A stretch of 64,000 bases of DNA from an uncultured Christensenellaceae bacterium. GTDB lineage: Bacteria > Bacillota > Clostridia > Christensenellales > UBA3700. The notes beneath the pieces are model-generated. The model was not told the origin of the DNA. It saw only the letters and a program-made list of their open reading frames with translations, and did no database searches. Below, one piece after another: positions 39,306 through 49,596 of this stretch. Made by a program: the position numbers and the translations under genes. How positions within the stretch are numbered: the first letter of the stretch is position 1; the number at the start of each line of letters is the position of its first letter. The DNA lies in assembly GCA_963931165.1 (NCBI GenBank), contig OZ006985.1:207900-271899 (forward strand). Reading direction: 5' to 3'.

Positions 39306-39561
39306 TTTGCAACGAACATGCCTGCAAGTGCAAAACCTCGGCAAAATGAAGATGAAATGCCTTAAACCGTTTTGATGAAATATGCGACAAGTCAACGCAG
39401 AAGCCATAACGCCTCTGCCGGCAAACGCCGCCGTCAGCGGCAATGCCGCAAACCGCAAGATTCAATTGTCGTAGGGCGCAACGCATGTGAAGAACATGAT
39501 GCGCACGGCGCGCACTCATACGATCAAAAATCGGGCGACGGCTGCCGCCGTCGCCTTCGCA

Positions 39562-41037
39562 TCAATCCTTGCCGTCTTCCTGCGTTTTGTCGGGCGGCGA
39601 GACCTCGTCGCCTGTGCCGTCTGCGGCGTCTTCGCCCTCACCTGACGCGCCGTCATCGTTCTCTGTCGGCGGCTGAGCGGGTGCGTCGTCCCCTGCCGGC
39701 AGCTGTTCGCCCGAAGCGTTTGATGCGGCGGACGTGCCGGTGTTACGATTGATCTTCGCCCATGTCGGCTTGCAGAAAAGCCCTATCGCCATCGTCACGC
39801 AATATACGATCGTGAACGCGGGGAAAAGCAACACGCCCGGGATGAGGTCGCGGCGCCTTTTTGCGCCCATCTTTTTGTACTCAAACATCACGAGCAGCAA
39901 TCCCTGCAAAATGCCGGCAAACAAAAAGAGTATGCCCACGCACAATCCGACAATGGTCAACAGTTCCCAAAACCCCGGACCGACCAACCCCGCCGCCGCG
40001 GCGTCCGCCGTATGCATGACGCCGTTCGCACCGAGATAGGAGAACGCATAGATGTAGTACGCCGGGATCCAAGTGCACAACAACAGCGCGATGATCATGA
40101 AGAAATAGGTCAAGATCTGCTCTATGAACGAAAAGCGGAATTGCTTGATCGCGTTCCACGTCAGCTTGGGCGCATATTTTGCCAACAGTCGGACGTTGCC
40201 CGAAGCGATGCGCTTGTTGCGGTTGAGCGTGTCCTTGAACGACGACGGCAGATCTTCGTAGACGACCGCGTCTTCGACGAAATGGCAGCGATAGCCGTCG
40301 ATCATCCTCTTGAAGCAAAACTCGGTGTCTTCGACGATGCTGATCGTGTCATAGCCGCCTATCTTTCGAATGATGTCAAAGTCGGTCATCGACCCGGGGC
40401 CGTTGACGTGAGCGTCGAGACGGAGCCTCTCGCGGACGCGCGAACCGAAGCGCGAATCAAAGATATAGTAGAGCCCGCACGCCATCGTGAAGTTGTTTTG
40501 CGTCATGTTGAGCGCGGATTCATAAGGGCGCGCGATCTTCACTCCCGCGCACCACGCGTCGTTCATCAACGAGAAAAAGTCGTCGTTGACATGATTGTCC
40601 GCGTCAAACCTCAGCGAAAACGCATAATCTATCCCTGTCGCCAAAATGCTTTCATATCCGAATTTCAACGCATACGAAACGATGTGCCTGCTCTCGTCGG
40701 GATCGTCCAACACAAAGACCGTCGCACCCGCCTCTCTTGCGATCTCGGCGGTGCGGTCGGTGCAATTGTGCGCGACGACATAGATGTCGAAAAGTTCTTT
40801 GGGATAGTTTTGACGGGATATCAGATCCGCGACCGTCGCGCCGATCACGTCCTCTTCGTTGTGAGCGCAGATCAAAACGCAAAGCCTGTTCTTCTTTTCC
40901 GAAACGGGAAACTTCTTCTTCGGCACCCAAAACAAAAGCATGTATATCAATTGAAGCAAAAACGGTATGCCTATTACGAACAACACCACGTTGTTGATGT
41001 GAGTCAACACGTTGTAAAGCTGCTGGTGCCACTCCAT
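39562..41037 (-). CDS. family 2 glycosyltransferase, integral membrane (processive synthase-like), with disordered C-terminal tail
   Basis: CVLICAHNEEDVIG..YVVAHNCTDRTAEIA..DADN. TM helices on both sides of the GT-A domain. P/A/D/G-rich tail. Confidence 0.8.
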   Translation of the reverse strand: MEWHQQLYNVLTHINNVVLFVIGIPFLLQLIYMLLFWVPKKKFPVSEKKNRLCVLICAHNEEDVIGATVADLISRQNYPKELFDIYVVAHNCTDRTAEIAREAGATVFVLDDPDESRHIVSYALKFGYESILATGIDYAFSLRFDADNHVNDDFFSLMNDAWCAGVKIARPYESALNMTQNNFTMACGLYYIFDSRFGSRVRERLRLDAHVNGPGSMTDFDIIRKIGGYDTISIVEDTEFCFKRMIDGYRCHFVEDAVVYEDLPSSFKDTLNRNKRIASGNVRLLAKYAPKLTWNAIKQFRFSFIEQILTYFFMIIALLLCTWIPAYYIYAFSYLGANGVMHTADAAAAGLVGPGFWELLTIVGLCVGILFLFAGILQGLLLVMFEYKKMGAKRRRDLIPGVLLFPAFTIVYCVTMAIGLFCKPTWAKINRNTGTSAASNASGEQLPAGDDAPAQPPTENDDGASGEGEDAADGTGDEVSPPDKTQEDGKD

Positions 41038-41460
41038 GGCTTCTCTCCTTCTTTGCGGCGCATTGGCTCGCGACCGCGCCGCAAACCTGCCACAGGCAAC
41101 ATCAGTCGCCTTTATGAGTATTATAATCTTTCACCGAGCGAATGTCAACGTTTTGGCAATTACGAACACGAAGTGCGGCACAATCGCTCATCCCCGAGGC
41201 GCAAACCTCGGGGATCTTTCAATCTTCAAAACATAGGATATATGCCGGCGAGACGTCCGATATCTGCACAAGTTGGCAAGGGTGTCGAGCGCGGGGATCA
41301 CTCTCTCCGAGTTTTTCGATTCGCCCTATTTTGACGGTTTGGACGATTGACGGCAAGGTCCCGCCGCTTTTCTGAGGGAAGTTCCAAGTCGTCCCGCAGC
41401 GATATCACGACAAGATCGCCGCTCCTTTCGGGGCGGCGATGTCTTGTCGTATGACCTGCC

Positions 41461-42321
41461 TTACTCTTTCTCCAGCGTCCACACTTCGACGTGTTCGGCG
41501 CTCTCTCCCTGCTCCAATGTCAGGTGCGGCGAAAGGCTCTCCACCTCGAACATCAGCTCGTTGGTATAGAGCTCGGCGTTGCATTGCATGTCGGGATAGT
41601 CCGCGCCTGCCTCGTAGCCGAACGACTTGGTGAACACCACTCCCTTTGTGCGGATGGTGATCTTGCCGTCGTCGATCAGCGCGCCGACCTTGAACGGCGG
41701 TCTGTCCTTCCATGTGAGCGTGACCTTTTTGCCGTCCGTAGCAAAGCGGTCGTCCGTCATGTCGCTGTATTGCCAGAACACGAGATTGCGGTTGGGCAGA
41801 AAGCCGGTATCCGCTTGCGACAGCTTGAACTCGCCGACCGCGCCCTTGTCCATGACGGTCAGCGCCCACAGCGCGATCTTGCCGCTGTTTTGCGTGCCCG
41901 TGTTGGTTATCCTATGTCTGATGGTGACGACACCGTCGTCGCTCATCTCGATCGCGACGCTCTTTTGCAGCTTTGTCGTCACCTCCGGCTCGGCGGTGAA
42001 GATCGCCCCGTGAGAGGTCATCTTGACGTCGACGGGCGCATTGTCGGGATAGTAGGTGTCCATATATTCGGGCGACTTCCACAACCTGTGTCCGCCGTAG
42101 ATGTGCCATATGCCCTTGCCCGGCAGATTGTCGTCAAAGAACTTGCCGCCCTTGTTGATGTCGTCGCCCTTGTCCTCGAACATGATGTTTTCGCCGCCCT
42201 TCATCCCGAAGTAGATGATGCGCGGACCGATGTCCGTGGTCACGAGCAGGCTGCGCACGCCGTCCGTGATCTCGACGCACGCGCCGTATTTGCCGTAAGT
42301 CGTCCTGCCGATGCCTACCAT
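41461..42321 (-). CDS. hypothetical beta-rich protein (possibly mutarotase-like fold)
   Basis: 286-aa ORF with ordinary composition, last gene of the carA-carB transcription unit. The fold assignment is a guess from the sequence pattern only. Confidence 0.45.
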   Translation of the reverse strand: MVGIGRTTYGKYGACVEITDGVRSLLVTTDIGPRIIYFGMKGGENIMFEDKGDDINKGGKFFDDNLPGKGIWHIYGGHRLWKSPEYMDTYYPDNAPVDVKMTSHGAIFTAEPEVTTKLQKSVAIEMSDDGVVTIRHRITNTGTQNSGKIALWALTVMDKGAVGEFKLSQADTGFLPNRNLVFWQYSDMTDDRFATDGKKVTLTWKDRPPFKVGALIDDGKITIRTKGVVFTKSFGYEAGADYPDMQCNAELYTNELMFEVESLSPHLTLEQGESAEHVEVWTLEKE

Positions 42322-42330
42322 GTTTTCACC

Positions 42331-45300
42331 TCAGATCTCGATCTCGCCGTCGAAGATCTTGACGGCTTCGCCGGTCAGATAGACCGCCTCGTCCGTATAC
42401 TTGACGACGAGGTCGCCGCCCGGGACTCTGACCGTGATGTCCTCGCCCTTGGGGCAGAGACCCGCTTCGACCGCCGCGACCGCCGCCGCGCACGCTCCGG
42501 TGCCGCAGGCGAGCGTCTCGCCGCTGCCTCTCTCCCACACTCTCATGCGCAGGGTGTGGCTGTCCATCACCTTGACGAATTCGACGTTGGTACGTTCGGG
42601 GAACATCGGGTCGACTTCGACCGCTTCGCCTATGCCGTTCACGTCGAGGCTGTCGAGGTGTTTGACAAAGATGACGCAATGGGGATTGCCCATGGACACG
42701 CAGGTGATCTCGCGCTCTTCTCCGCCGACTTTGACCTTTTCGGCGACGAGTTTCGCCTTTTTGGTCACGACGGGGACGTCCTTTGCCGCGAGGCTCGCCT
42801 TGCCCATATCGACGGTGACCGAGGTCGCCTCGCCGTTTTGGGTGTGGATCATGACGCCCCTCACGCCCGCGCCCGTCTCGATGTCAAAGCCGTGCTTGCG
42901 GACGATGTTGTTGTCGAACAGATACTTCGCGACGCAGCGGATGCCGTTGCCGCACATCTTGCCTTCGCTGCCGTCGAGGTTGAACATGCGCATGCGCGCC
43001 TCGGCGACCTTGGACGGACAGATGAGGATGACCCCGTCGCCGCCTATGCCCTTGTGCCTGTCGCACAGCGCGATCGAGAGCCTTTCGGGGCTGTCGATCG
43101 GGGACTCCATACAGTCGAAGTAGATGTAGTCGTTGCCGCAGCCGTGCATCTTGGTGAACTTGCGCAGCGTCTTGCCGGTGCGCAGTCTGTTGATGTCGAC
43201 AAGCTCGGTGTTGAACTCGGAATATCTGCTCATCAAGCTGTTTGCGACCGCGTTTGCTGTGTCGATGCTGGTCAGACAGGGGATCGCCCTCTCGACCGCC
43301 TTGCGGCGTATCTTGACGCTGTCGCGCGTCGGCAGCTTGCCCTTGGACGAGGTGGAGATGATGTAGTGGATCTTTCCGCTCTCGATCAGGGTGAGGTTGT
43401 TGTGTTCGGGGTTTTGGTGGATCTTGTCGACGACGATGACGTCAAGCCCGATGTCACGCAGCACCTTGGCAGTGCCCGCGGTCGCGTAGAGCGTGTAGCC
43501 GAGCTCCTCGAACTTTTGCGCGATCTCGCCGATCTCGCCCTTGTCTTGGTCGCGTACGGTGATGAAGATGCCGCCCTTCTTTTTCATGCGGTATCCTGCG
43601 GCGACAAGCCCCTTGAACAGCGCCTCTTCGAGCGTGCTCGCGATGCCCAAGACCTCGCCGGTCGACTTCATCTCGGGACCGAGCTGGGTGTCGACGTTGG
43701 TCAATTTCTCGAACGAGAACACCGGCACCTTGACCGCGACGTACGGCGAGTTGGGATACAGTCCCGTGCCGTAGCCCATGTCGGCGAGCTTTTCGCCGAG
43801 GATCGCCCTCGTCGCGAGGTCGACCATCGGCACGCCGGTGACCTTGCTGATGTATGGCACGGTACGGCTGCTGCGCGGATTGACCTCGATGACGTAAAGT
43901 TCGTCGTGATAGATCAGATATTGGATGTTGACGAGCCCGAGCGTATGCAGCGACAGCGCGAGCTGTTTGGAGCACTCGATGATGCGCTCGACCATCTCGT
44001 CGCTGAGGTTCCACGCCGGATAGACGGCGATGGAGTCGCCCGAGTGGATGCCCGTCCTCTCGATGTGTTCCATGATGCCGGGGATGAGGATATCTCTGCC
44101 GTCGCAGATCGCGTCGACCTCGAGCTCTTTGCCCATGAGGTACTTGTCGATGAGGACGGGGTTCTCGATCTCCTGCGACAGGATGACGTCCATATATTCG
44201 ATGACGTCGGCGTCGCCGTAGCATACGGTCATGTTCTGACCGCCGAGGACGTAAGAGGGACGCAGCAGCGTCGGATAACCTATCTCGTTTGCGACCTTGA
44301 GCGCCTCTTCCTTGGTCATGACCGTGAAGCCCTTGGGACGCTTGATCTGCAGCTTTTCGAGCAATTCGTCAAATCTCTCGCGGTCCTCCGCGGCGTCGAT
44401 GTCCTCCGCCTGAGTGCCGAGGATGCGGATGTTCTCGCGGCGCAGCATCTTGGTCAGCTTGATCGCCGTCTGTCCGCCGAATGCGACGACGACGCCGTAC
44501 GGCTTCTCGGTGTTGAGGATGCTGAGCACGTCCTCGTCCGTCAACGGCTCGAAGTACAGCCTGTCGGCGGTGTCGAAGTCGGTGGAGACGGTCTCGGGGT
44601 TGTTGTTGACGATGACCACCTCAAAGCCCTTGCGCTTGAGCGCCCAGACGCAGTGGACGGACGCATAGTCGAACTCGATGCCCTGCCCTATGCGGATGGG
44701 ACCGGAGCCGAAGACGACGACCTTCTTCTTGTCGGAAGGATGCTCTTTGAGGAACTCCTCCGCCTCGTTCTCGTCGTCGTAGGTGGAATAGAAGTACGGG
44801 GTCTCCGCCTTGAATTCCGCCGCGCAGGTGTCGACCATCTTGTAGGAAGCATAGCGCTTGTGCGCGATCTTCTTGCCGCTTATCTTCTCGATGGACTTGT
44901 CAAGATAGCCCATCTTCTTTGCCTCGAGGTAGAGCTCGTCGGTGAGCGGCTCCGCCTTGAGACGGCGCTGCATCTCGACCAGCTTGTTCAGCTTGCTCAA
45001 GAACCATCTGTCGATCTTGGTGACGTTGTAGATCTCGTCGACCGTGACGCCGCGTTTGAGCGACTCGAAGATGACGAAGATGCGTTCGTCGTCGACGTCG
45101 TGCAGCTTCTCGGCAAGCTGAGCGTCGCCGTAGGCGGCGAACTTGTCGCTGTCGAGGGTGTTGTGCGAGATCTCTGCCCCTCTGACCGCCTTCATGATCG
45201 CCTGTTCGAATGTCGTGCCGATCGCCATGACCTCGCCCGTCGCCTTCATCTGAGTGCCCAGCTTGCGGCTGGCGTAGAAGAACTTGTCGAACGGCCACTT

Positions 45301-46374
45301 GGGGAACTTGACGACGACATAGTCGATGGACGGCTCAAAGCATGCGTATGTGTTGCCCGTGACCGCGTTCTTGATCTCGTCGAGGGTGTAGCCTATCGCG
45401 ATCTTGGTCGCGACCTTTGCGATCGGATAGCCGGTCGCCTTGGATGCGAGCGCGGAAGAGCGCGACACGCGGGGGTTGACCTCGATGACCGCATACTCGA
45501 AGCTGTCCGGTTTGAGCGCGAATTGGCAATTGCAGCCGCCCTCGACTTTGAGAGCCTCGATTATGTTGAGCGCCGCGGTGCGCAGCATCTGATACTCTTT
45601 GTCCGCGAGAGTGACCGCAGGAGCGATGACGATGCTGTCGCCGGTGTGAACGCCGACGGGGTCGAAGTTCTCCATGCTGCAGATGGTGATGACGTTGCCC
45701 TTGCTGTCGCGCATCACCTCAAACTCGATCTCTTTCCAGCCGCTGATGCACTTCTCGACCAGGATCTGGTGGATCGGGGAGCTGCGCAGACCGTTCTCGG
45801 CGATCTCGAGGAAGTCTTCCTCTGTGTCGGCGATGCCTCCGCCGGTGCCGCCGAGAGTGAACGCAGGACGTACGATGACCGGATAGCCTATCTCACGGGC
45901 GACCTCGATCGCGGAATCGAGATCGTTGACGACCTTGGACGGAATGACCGGCTCGCCGATCGCGGCAAGCGTATCCTTGAACATCTGTCTGTCTTCCGCC
46001 TTGTCGATGGTGTCGGGGTCCGCGCCGAGCAGCTTGACGCCCATCTTGTCGAGGAAGCCCTCTTTGGCGAGCTGCATGGACAGCGTAAGTCCCATTTGAC
46101 CGCCCATCGTCGACATAAGGCTGTCGGGGCGTTCTTTTTCGATGATCCTCTTGACCGTGGTCAGCGTGAGCGGCTCGATGTAGATCCTGTCCGCGACCGC
46201 GTTGTCCGTCATGATCGTCGCCGGATTGGAGTTGACCAGGACCACTTCAAGTCCGTCCTCTTTGAGCGCGCGGCAAGCCTGCGTGCCCGCATAGTCGAAC
46301 TCTGCTGCCTGTCCGATCACGATGGGACCGGAACCTATGACCATTACTTTGTGAATATCTTTGTTGAGCGGCAT
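42331..46374 (-). CDS. carB: carbamoyl-phosphate synthase large subunit fused in frame to diaminopimelate epimerase
   Basis: Residues ~1-1070 are a full CarB: VMVIGSGPIVIGQAAEFDYAG, two ATP-grasp halves and an MGS-like domain ending ..NTELVDINRL. The following ~275 aa are a full DapF: KFTKMHGCGNDY (43147-43161), MCGNGIRC, SMGNPHCV, ERGSGETLACGTGACAAA. One uninterrupted ORF. Confidence 0.9.
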   Translation of the reverse strand: MPLNKDIHKVMVIGSGPIVIGQAAEFDYAGTQACRALKEDGLEVVLVNSNPATIMTDNAVADRIYIEPLTLTTVKRIIEKERPDSLMSTMGGQMGLTLSMQLAKEGFLDKMGVKLLGADPDTIDKAEDRQMFKDTLAAIGEPVIPSKVVNDLDSAIEVAREIGYPVIVRPAFTLGGTGGGIADTEEDFLEIAENGLRSSPIHQILVEKCISGWKEIEFEVMRDSKGNVITICSMENFDPVGVHTGDSIVIAPAVTLADKEYQMLRTAALNIIEALKVEGGCNCQFALKPDSFEYAVIEVNPRVSRSSALASKATGYPIAKVATKIAIGYTLDEIKNAVTGNTYACFEPSIDYVVVKFPKWPFDKFFYASRKLGTQMKATGEVMAIGTTFEQAIMKAVRGAEISHNTLDSDKFAAYGDAQLAEKLHDVDDERIFVIFESLKRGVTVDEIYNVTKIDRWFLSKLNKLVEMQRRLKAEPLTDELYLEAKKMGYLDKSIEKISGKKIAHKRYASYKMVDTCAAEFKAETPYFYSTYDDENEAEEFLKEHPSDKKKVVVFGSGPIRIGQGIEFDYASVHCVWALKRKGFEVVIVNNNPETVSTDFDTADRLYFEPLTDEDVLSILNTEKPYGVVVAFGGQTAIKLTKMLRRENIRILGTQAEDIDAAEDRERFDELLEKLQIKRPKGFTVMTKEEALKVANEIGYPTLLRPSYVLGGQNMTVCYGDADVIEYMDVILSQEIENPVLIDKYLMGKELEVDAICDGRDILIPGIMEHIERTGIHSGDSIAVYPAWNLSDEMVERIIECSKQLALSLHTLGLVNIQYLIYHDELYVIEVNPRSSRTVPYISKVTGVPMVDLATRAILGEKLADMGYGTGLYPNSPYVAVKVPVFSFEKLTNVDTQLGPEMKSTGEVLGIASTLEEALFKGLVAAGYRMKKKGGIFITVRDQDKGEIGEIAQKFEELGYTLYATAGTAKVLRDIGLDVIVVDKIHQNPEHNNLTLIESGKIHYIISTSSKGKLPTRDSVKIRRKAVERAIPCLTSIDTANAVANSLMSRYSEFNTELVDINRLRTGKTLRKFTKMHGCGNDYIYFDCMESPIDSPERLSIALCDRHKGIGGDGVILICPSKVAEARMRMFNLDGSEGKMCGNGIRCVAKYLFDNNIVRKHGFDIETGAGVRGVMIHTQNGEATSVTVDMGKASLAAKDVPVVTKKAKLVAEKVKVGGEEREITCVSMGNPHCVIFVKHLDSLDVNGIGEAVEVDPMFPERTNVEFVKVMDSHTLRMRVWERGSGETLACGTGACAAAVAAVEAGLCPKGEDITVRVPGGDLVVKYTDEAVYLTGEAVKIFDGEIEI

Positions 46375-47444
46375 TATCTCTTTCCCTCCATAGCGGCAAT
46401 GAATTTGTCGAACATGAACCTCGTGTCGAGCGGACCTCCGCACGCCTCGGGGTGGAACTGTACGGTGAAGTTGCCCCCCTCGTACTCGACGCCCTCGCAG
46501 GTGCCGTCGTTGACATTGTAAAAAGACACCTTCGCGCCCTTGGGCACCGTGTCGCTGTCAAGCGCGTACCCGTGGTTTTGGCTGGTGATGTACACCCTGC
46601 CCGTCTCCACGTCCTTGACTGGCTGGTTTTCGCCGCGGTGACCGTATTTGAGTTTGAACGACTTCATCCCGTTGGCGAGCGCGAGCAATTGATGCCCGAG
46701 ACAGATGCCGAACATCGGGATGCCGCTCTTTTGCAGCTTGACAAGCTGCTCGATCTCGAACTTGTTCTCGGCGGGGTCGCCGGGGCCGTTGGACAGCATT
46801 ATGCCGTCCGGCTTGCCTTCGAGGATCTTCTCGGCGGACGTATCGTGCGGCACGACGGTGACGTCGCAGCCTCTCGCGGCGAGCTCGCGCGCGATGTTGC
46901 GCTTGGCGCCGTAATCGATCATCGTGACCTTGAAGCGCGGCTTGCCCTGCTTGACGTGATAGGGCTCCTTGCAGCTGACGTTCGCCACCGCGTCGATCTG
47001 GCGATATGCCTTGATGCGCTCCATCAATTCCGCGGTCGGCTCGCCCTCGACGATCGCGCCGTTCATAACGCCGTACTCGCGCACGATGCGGGTCAGCTTG
47101 CGCGTGTCGACCCCGCATATGCCGGGAACTCCGTACTCCTTGAGCATGTCGTCCAGCTTGCCCTGGCTGCGGAAGTTGGACGGCGTATCGCACAGGTCGC
47201 GCACCACATATCCGCTCAAATGCGGACGGTCGCTTTCGAAGTCCTCTTTCATCACGCCGTAATCGCCGATGAGGGGAAAGGTCTGTACGACGATCTGTCC
47301 GAAAAAGCTGGGGTCGGTCAGCGTCTCGACATAGCCGGACATGCCGGTCGTGAACACGACCTCGCCGATCGTCTCCTTTTCCGCTCCGATCGCAACCCCG
47401 GGGAACTTTTCGCCGTTTTCGAGAATAAGACAAATTTTTTTCAT
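46374..47444 (-). CDS. carA: carbamoyl-phosphate synthase small (glutaminase) subunit
   Basis: ..LSNGPGDP..GICLGHQL..HGYA. Start MKKICLILENG (47442-47444). The stop overlaps the carB ATG (TAATG). Confidence 0.93.
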   Translation of the reverse strand: MKKICLILENGEKFPGVAIGAEKETIGEVVFTTGMSGYVETLTDPSFFGQIVVQTFPLIGDYGVMKEDFESDRPHLSGYVVRDLCDTPSNFRSQGKLDDMLKEYGVPGICGVDTRKLTRIVREYGVMNGAIVEGEPTAELMERIKAYRQIDAVANVSCKEPYHVKQGKPRFKVTMIDYGAKRNIARELAARGCDVTVVPHDTSAEKILEGKPDGIMLSNGPGDPAENKFEIEQLVKLQKSGIPMFGICLGHQLLALANGMKSFKLKYGHRGENQPVKDVETGRVYITSQNHGYALDSDTVPKGAKVSFYNVNDGTCEGVEYEGGNFTVQFHPEACGGPLDTRFMFDKFIAAMEGKR

Positions 47445-47471
47445 AAAACCTCTCTCGCGTAAGCCCGCGAC

Positions 47472-47485
47472 CGCGCATATGCGCA
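47472..47485. promoter_or_regulatory. second copy of the CGCGCATATGCGC(G) palindrome, in the carA leader / carA-purF divergent region
   Basis: CGCGCATATGCGCa, a 13/14 match to 8033-8046, 28 nt upstream of the carA ATG. Confidence 0.4.
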
Positions 47486-47780
47486 TATCGTGCGCGCGTT
47501 CCGCTTTCTAATTATGATACCATACGCACCGCGTCGCAAGCAAGAATTTGGGGCACATTTTCATCATTTTTTGACAACGGAAGCGCTTCACCGCGATATG
47601 TTTTTTCAACAACGCCGTTTGAGCGAAAACACCACGTTTCACACCGTCTTTCGGCTTCATTTATTTTTGCCGAACTCCGTTTCGAGACGCTTTTTTGCCC
47701 CATTTGTCCGCCACTTTTCGCCCGAGGCGGAACGTGTCGAAAAAAATTGTTTTCCGCGCGCTCAAACCCGTGCAAAACAA

Positions 47781-47809
47781 ATGACATCGACGCCTCTTTG
47801 TGCTATAAT
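47781..47809 (+). promoter_or_regulatory. purF promoter
   Basis: ATGACA (47781-47786), 17 nt, TGcTATAAT (-10 at 47804-47809). Confidence 0.5.
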
Positions 47810-47837
47810 GACTGTATTCTTTTTTCGGAGGATGACT

Positions 47838-49238
47838 ATGTCTTGCATCAAAGAAGAATGCGGCGTCTTTGGCGTCTACAACAAGGCGGGCATCAAACAG
47901 CTCGGCAACCTCGTCTATTTCGGTCTGTTCGCATTGCAGCACCGCGGTCAGGAAGCGGCGGGCATCGCGATCAACGTGGGCGGCGACGTCGAGCTCAAAA
48001 AAGATCTCGGCTTGCTCAGTGATGTGTTCAACAACTCGCCGATGATCACCAAGGACGGCGACATCGCGGTCGGACACGTCAGATATTCGACGACGGGCAG
48101 CAACACCGTCGAGAACGCCCAGCCTCTCAACGCGAGATACTACAAGGGGTCTTTGACGATCGCCCACAACGGCAACATCTGCAACGCTCCCGAACTGCGC
48201 AAAAATCTTTCCGAACAAGGCGCGATCTTCCACTCCACCAACGACAGCGAGGTCATCGCATACCTCATCGCTAAGGCACGCATCAGCACCGGTTCCATCG
48301 AAGAGGCGGTCAAAGAGGTCGTCCCGATGCTGACCGGCTCTTTCTCACTGCTCATCATGAGCCCGCGCAAGCTGATCGCGGTCCGCGACCCCCACGGCAT
48401 TCGTCCGCTGTGCATGGGCAGGATAGGCAAGACGGTCGTCTTTGCCAGCGAATCGTGCGCTCTCGACGCGGTCGGCGCCGACTTTGAGCGCGACATCAAG
48501 CCGGGCGAGATACGCGTCGTCACCCCCGACGACGAGTTCTCGATCGAGGACTACTGCGGTCAGACCCCCGCGCTGTGCATCTTCGAGCACGTCTACTTCG
48601 CCCGTCCCGACAGCGAGATCGACGGCCAGTCCGTCAACGGCGCGCGCGTCAACGCGGGCAAACTGCTCGCCAAACAGCATCCCGTCGACGCGGACGTCGT
48701 CATCGGCGTGCCGGACAGCGGTCTTGCCGGCGCGATCGGCTATTCGATCGAAAGCGGCATCCCCTACGGCGTCGGACTCATCAAGAACAGATACATCGGC
48801 AGGACTTTCATCCAGCCGTCGCAGGCTATGCGCGAACGCAGCGTCGCCCTCAAACTCAACGTGCTCAAAGCCAACGTCGAGGGCAAGCGCGTCGTGATGA
48901 TCGACGACTCCATCGTCCGCGGCACCACGACCGCCAACATCATCAAGATGCTCAAACACGCCGGCGCGACCGAAGTGCATGTGCGCATCGCCAGCCCCAA
49001 GTTCCTCTACCCCTGCTTCTTCGGCACCGACATCCCCGACCAGGATCAGCTCGCCGCAGTCAAGTACACGCACGAGGAGTTGACGCGCAAGATCGGCGCC
49101 GACTCGCTCGGCTTCCTCGATCTCGACAGCGTCGACCAAATGGCGCCCGACAGCAAGCTGTCCTTCTGCAAGGCATGCTTCACCGGCAACTATCCCTGCC
49201 CCGTGCCGTGCAAGGTCAACAAACACGAATTTGAATAA
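47838..49238 (+). CDS. purF: amidophosphoribosyltransferase
   Basis: MSCIKEECGVFGV (propeptide plus catalytic Cys), ..HRGQEAAGI..VRYSTTG..DDSIVRGTT. Start after the GGAGGA RBS. Confidence 0.93.
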   Translation: MSCIKEECGVFGVYNKAGIKQLGNLVYFGLFALQHRGQEAAGIAINVGGDVELKKDLGLLSDVFNNSPMITKDGDIAVGHVRYSTTGSNTVENAQPLNARYYKGSLTIAHNGNICNAPELRKNLSEQGAIFHSTNDSEVIAYLIAKARISTGSIEEAVKEVVPMLTGSFSLLIMSPRKLIAVRDPHGIRPLCMGRIGKTVVFASESCALDAVGADFERDIKPGEIRVVTPDDEFSIEDYCGQTPALCIFEHVYFARPDSEIDGQSVNGARVNAGKLLAKQHPVDADVVIGVPDSGLAGAIGYSIESGIPYGVGLIKNRYIGRTFIQPSQAMRERSVALKLNVLKANVEGKRVVMIDDSIVRGTTTANIIKMLKHAGATEVHVRIASPKFLYPCFFGTDIPDQDQLAAVKYTHEELTRKIGADSLGFLDLDSVDQMAPDSKLSFCKACFTGNYPCPVPCKVNKHEFE

Positions 49239-49252
49239 TCGCTTCGCTCTTT

Positions 49253-49350
49253 GAGGGGGCACCATTTCGCTTATCACTCAAATCAATATCGCTTGCAAGC
49301 AACCGCTTGCAAGCGATATTTTCATATGAGCGGCGAAATGGTTCCCCCTC
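49253..49350. repeat. 98-bp imperfect inverted repeat (long hairpin)
   Basis: Outer arms GAGGGGG(C/A)ACCATTTCGC, inner arms ATATCGCTTGCAAGC, and an apex with two copies of the palindrome GCTTGCAAGC. Confidence 0.7.
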
Positions 49351-49596
49351 AATACTCCCCTTCCCACGCGGCACGCTCGCTCACCGCTCGCGACCGCGCA
49401 AGGGGCGGCTGTCAAAGAGCGCGGTCATTTGACAGCCGCGTTATCGAGTCGCGCGAGAAGCGCGGTTTCGCGCGACGGTTGTCGTCGTTTTATCCGCTTG
49501 AACCGGGCTTTGTCTTCGACTATTTATACGGATCTTTGAGTTCCGAAAATTCGGTTCTTTACCGGCAAGGCTATGTAAAATCCTTCACTTTTAGCT

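Noticed and set aside
41491-46521. 1676-aa ORF on the plus strand, the longest in the track
   Set aside because: It is exactly antisense to the unmistakable carB-dapF, carA and upstream gene. Its translation is low-complexity and R/A/D/G/V/L-rich with no motifs. This is the typical shadow ORF of a GC-rich genome, where GC3 codons leave the opposite frame free of stops.
47445-47837. Looked for a purine/ZTP riboswitch, PyrR binding loop or T-box in the carA-purF divergent region. Also looked for T-box leaders before glnS and alaS.
   Set aside because: I could not recognise the conserved cores of these elements by eye. glnS and alaS have only 11-20 nt between them and the upstream genes, leaving no room for a leader. 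An Infernal/Rfam scan would be the decisive check.
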